This document shows positions 62,566 to 64,000 of a stretch of 64,000 nt of DNA, one piece after another (within the stretch, counting starts at the first letter, position 1; the number at the start of each line of letters is the position of its first letter). Below the pieces are notes generated by a model. The model was not told the origin of the DNA. It made no database searches and saw nothing but the letters and a program-made list of their open reading frames with translations. The DNA comes from a virus. The position numbers were made by a program, and so were the translations under genes. The DNA is taken from IMG/VR virus record IMGVR_UViG_3300036780_000119, positions 36,467 to 100,466 of that record, one strand, 5' to 3'.

Positions 62566-64000
62566 CGGGGCCGGCGGTCGGTGAACTGTGCGCCGGGTAC
62601 GGCGGCCTGGGCATGGGCGTGACAGCGGTGTTCGGCGGGCAGGTCGTGTTCACCGCCGACAACGACCCGGGCGCGGCGGCGATCCTCGCGCACCGGTACC
62701 CCGGCGTGCCGAACCTGGGCGACATTACCCGGGCCGACTGGACCCAGGTAAGCCCAGTGGACATCCTGCTGGCCGGGTTTCCCTGCACTGATCTTTCGTG
62801 CGCTGGTGCACGAAAGGGTCTTCACGGCGGCACCAGGAGCGGAATCTGGGCCAATGTCGTCCTGGCCATTGCAGCGCTCAAGCCTCCGCTTGTTGTGCTT
62901 GAGAATGTTGCCAACCTTCTATCTGGAGGTGACTGGATTGACGAGCCTATTGCCCGATGCGTATGTGGCTGGCCTTATCGACGGCGAGGGATGCATACAT
63001 GTCAGCGGCAAGAAGAAGAACTTCGCCACTGTAGTGACCGTCGGGATGACCGTGAAGGCGATGGACATTCTCACGGCCCTGCACAGGCAGTTCGGGGGCT
63101 CTCTCCACATGTCGCGGGCGGCGACGGGGAAGTGGGACGAGGCGCACGCCTGGACGATCTCGGGACAGGCCGCGTCCGTGATGCTGCGCCAGATCGCGCC
63201 ACATCTCGTGCTGAAAGCGGAACAGGCGCGCCTCGGGATCCGGCTGGAGGACATCAAGTCGTTGCTGCCGAGGCGCCCGAACAAGCTGGGTTGCGTGTGG
63301 ACGGATCATGCGAGGGATCACTGCCGCACTATCCAGCGCAGAATGCAGGAGCTGAATGCCAAGGGGCCGAGTGCGCACCGGGAACCTGTGACACCTGCTG
63401 GATGCCGGAAAATTGCCCGGCTTGTGGGCGGCCAGTGGGTGACGGATCAGGGGGACCTATTTTCCGACCTTGGATGGGCACCGTTCAGGCAGACCTGGCC
63501 GAAGTCGGGTTCGATGCGCAGTGGTGTGTTGTACGAGCATCCGATGTCGGCGCCCCCCACCGGCGGGAACGGGTTTTCATCCTGGCGTGGCCTGCTGCCG
63601 ACACCAGCGGCGGGGAACTTCAACGACGGGGAGTCGCCGGAATCCTGGGAGGCACGCAGGCAGGCGAACCTGGCGAAGGGCATCAACGGGAACGGCCAGG
63701 GGACTCCACTGGCGATGGCCGTGCAGCTGCTCAAAACCCCAACCGCCCAGCTTGCGGTGAACGGCGGGAGCCAGCACCCAGACAAACGCCGGGAGGGCGG
63801 CCACGGGCCGACGCTGGCCGACCAGGTGGAGTGCGAGCTCCTGCCGACGCCCGGCGACCCGGCCCAGATTCATCAGGCCCGGGGCGAGGGAGGCCACTCC
63901 GACCTGGCCAGCGCGGCAATGTGGCTGGGCCAGGACCCGGCGCTGCTGCCGACCCCAGATGCGTCGATGGGCACCGGGGGCCGGGTGTCGGCGACGCCGG
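62562..64000 (+). CDS. DNA cytosine-5 methyltransferase, catalytic (alpha-type) polypeptide; runs off the window; not in ORF track
   Basis: LCAGYGG (I), GDIT (III), AGFPCTDLSCAG (IV), LENV (VI), VGAPHRRERVFIL (VIII); no stop codon from 62562 to the end of the window. Confidence 0.92.
   Translation, partial: MTGPAVGELCAGYGGLGMGVTAVFGGQVVFTADNDPGAAAILAHRYPGVPNLGDITRADWTQVSPVDILLAGFPCTDLSCAGARKGLHGGTRSGIWANVVLAIAALKPPLVVLENVANLLSGGDWIDEPIARCVCGWPYRRRGMHTCQRQEEELRHCSDRRDDREGDGHSHGPAQAVRGLSPHVAGGDGEVGRGARLDDLGTGRVRDAAPDRATSRAESGTGAPRDPAGGHQVVAAEAPEQAGLRVDGSCEGSLPHYPAQNAGAECQGAECAPGTCDTCWMPENCPACGRPVGDGSGGPIFRPWMGTVQADLAEVGFDAQWCVVRASDVGAPHRRERVFILAWPAADTSGGELQRRGVAGILGGTQAGEPGEGHQRERPGDSTGDGRAAAQNPNRPACGERREPAPRQTPGGRPRADAGRPGGVRAPADARRPGPDSSGPGRGRPLRPGQRGNVAGPGPGAAADPRCVDGHRGPGVGDA
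62938..64000 (+). CDS. LAGLIDADG homing endonuclease fused to a methyltransferase beta-subunit-like region, overprinted in the +1 frame; not in ORF track
   Basis: GGAGG at 62925-62929, TTG at 62938; AYVAGLIDGEGCI..QFGG..PHLVLKAEQA..ELN, then TWPKSGSMRSG and LLPTP/LLKTP repeats. Confidence 0.85.
   Translation, partial: MTSLLPDAYVAGLIDGEGCIHVSGKKKNFATVVTVGMTVKAMDILTALHRQFGGSLHMSRAATGKWDEAHAWTISGQAASVMLRQIAPHLVLKAEQARLGIRLEDIKSLLPRRPNKLGCVWTDHARDHCRTIQRRMQELNAKGPSAHREPVTPAGCRKIARLVGGQWVTDQGDLFSDLGWAPFRQTWPKSGSMRSGVLYEHPMSAPPTGGNGFSSWRGLLPTPAAGNFNDGESPESWEARRQANLAKGINGNGQGTPLAMAVQLLKTPTAQLAVNGGSQHPDKRREGGHGPTLADQVECELLPTPGDPAQIHQARGEGGHSDLASAAMWLGQDPALLPTPDASMGTGGRVSATP

Noticed and set aside
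62920-63470. Intein or group I intron in the methyltransferase
   Set aside because: The endonuclease is in a different frame from the catalytic ORF, no His-Asn/Cys junction is present, and both frames are open so splicing is unnecessary. An intron is not formally excluded without RT-PCR.
1-64000. Integrase, attP, tRNA or rRNA genes
   Set aside because: None recognised by eye; they may lie outside the window. tRNAscan-SE or ARAGORN would be decisive for tRNAs.

Overview
This window is a high-GC, actinobacterial-type temperate siphophage or prophage genome segment. Minus strand 1-34066 carries the virion and lysis module: terminase small and large subunits, portal, MuF-like protein, scaffold, major capsid, two decoration paralogs, a head-tail module containing a glycosyltransferase and methyltransferase, major tail, frameshifted tail chaperones, tape measure, minor tail and fibre genes (one with a GH26-like domain), six membrane proteins and a GH25-like endolysin. 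A candidate genome end lies at about 34280. An 11-kb plus-strand accessory cassette (34570-45405: DnaN, DUF3560-like, DUF3631-like and many small ORFs) is marked by a repeated start-associated motif. It is followed by HNH and regulator genes, a repressor/Cro switch (52969-53832) and the early operon. The main finding is at 56808-58316: a nuclease-less Nop-domain (TIGR-Tas TasA-like) gene that carries 11 stem-loop TIGR-type guide units (stem-CCA-9nt-YG-4nt-CCA-9nt-YG-stem) inside its own coding sequence, all in the same codon phase, two of them inside the Nop domain. It lies next to a ParB-like gene and directly upstream of Bet/exonuclease. Two further finds are a C5 DNA methyltransferase gene with a LAGLIDADG endonuclease overprinted in the +1 frame and fused to a beta-subunit-like region (62562-64000, missing from the ORF track), and a Gly-Gly-terminated protein beside two Cys-containing paralogs (possible ubiquitin-like module). 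No tRNA, rRNA, CRISPR array or integrase was recognised. All family calls come from motif recognition by eye, not database searches.
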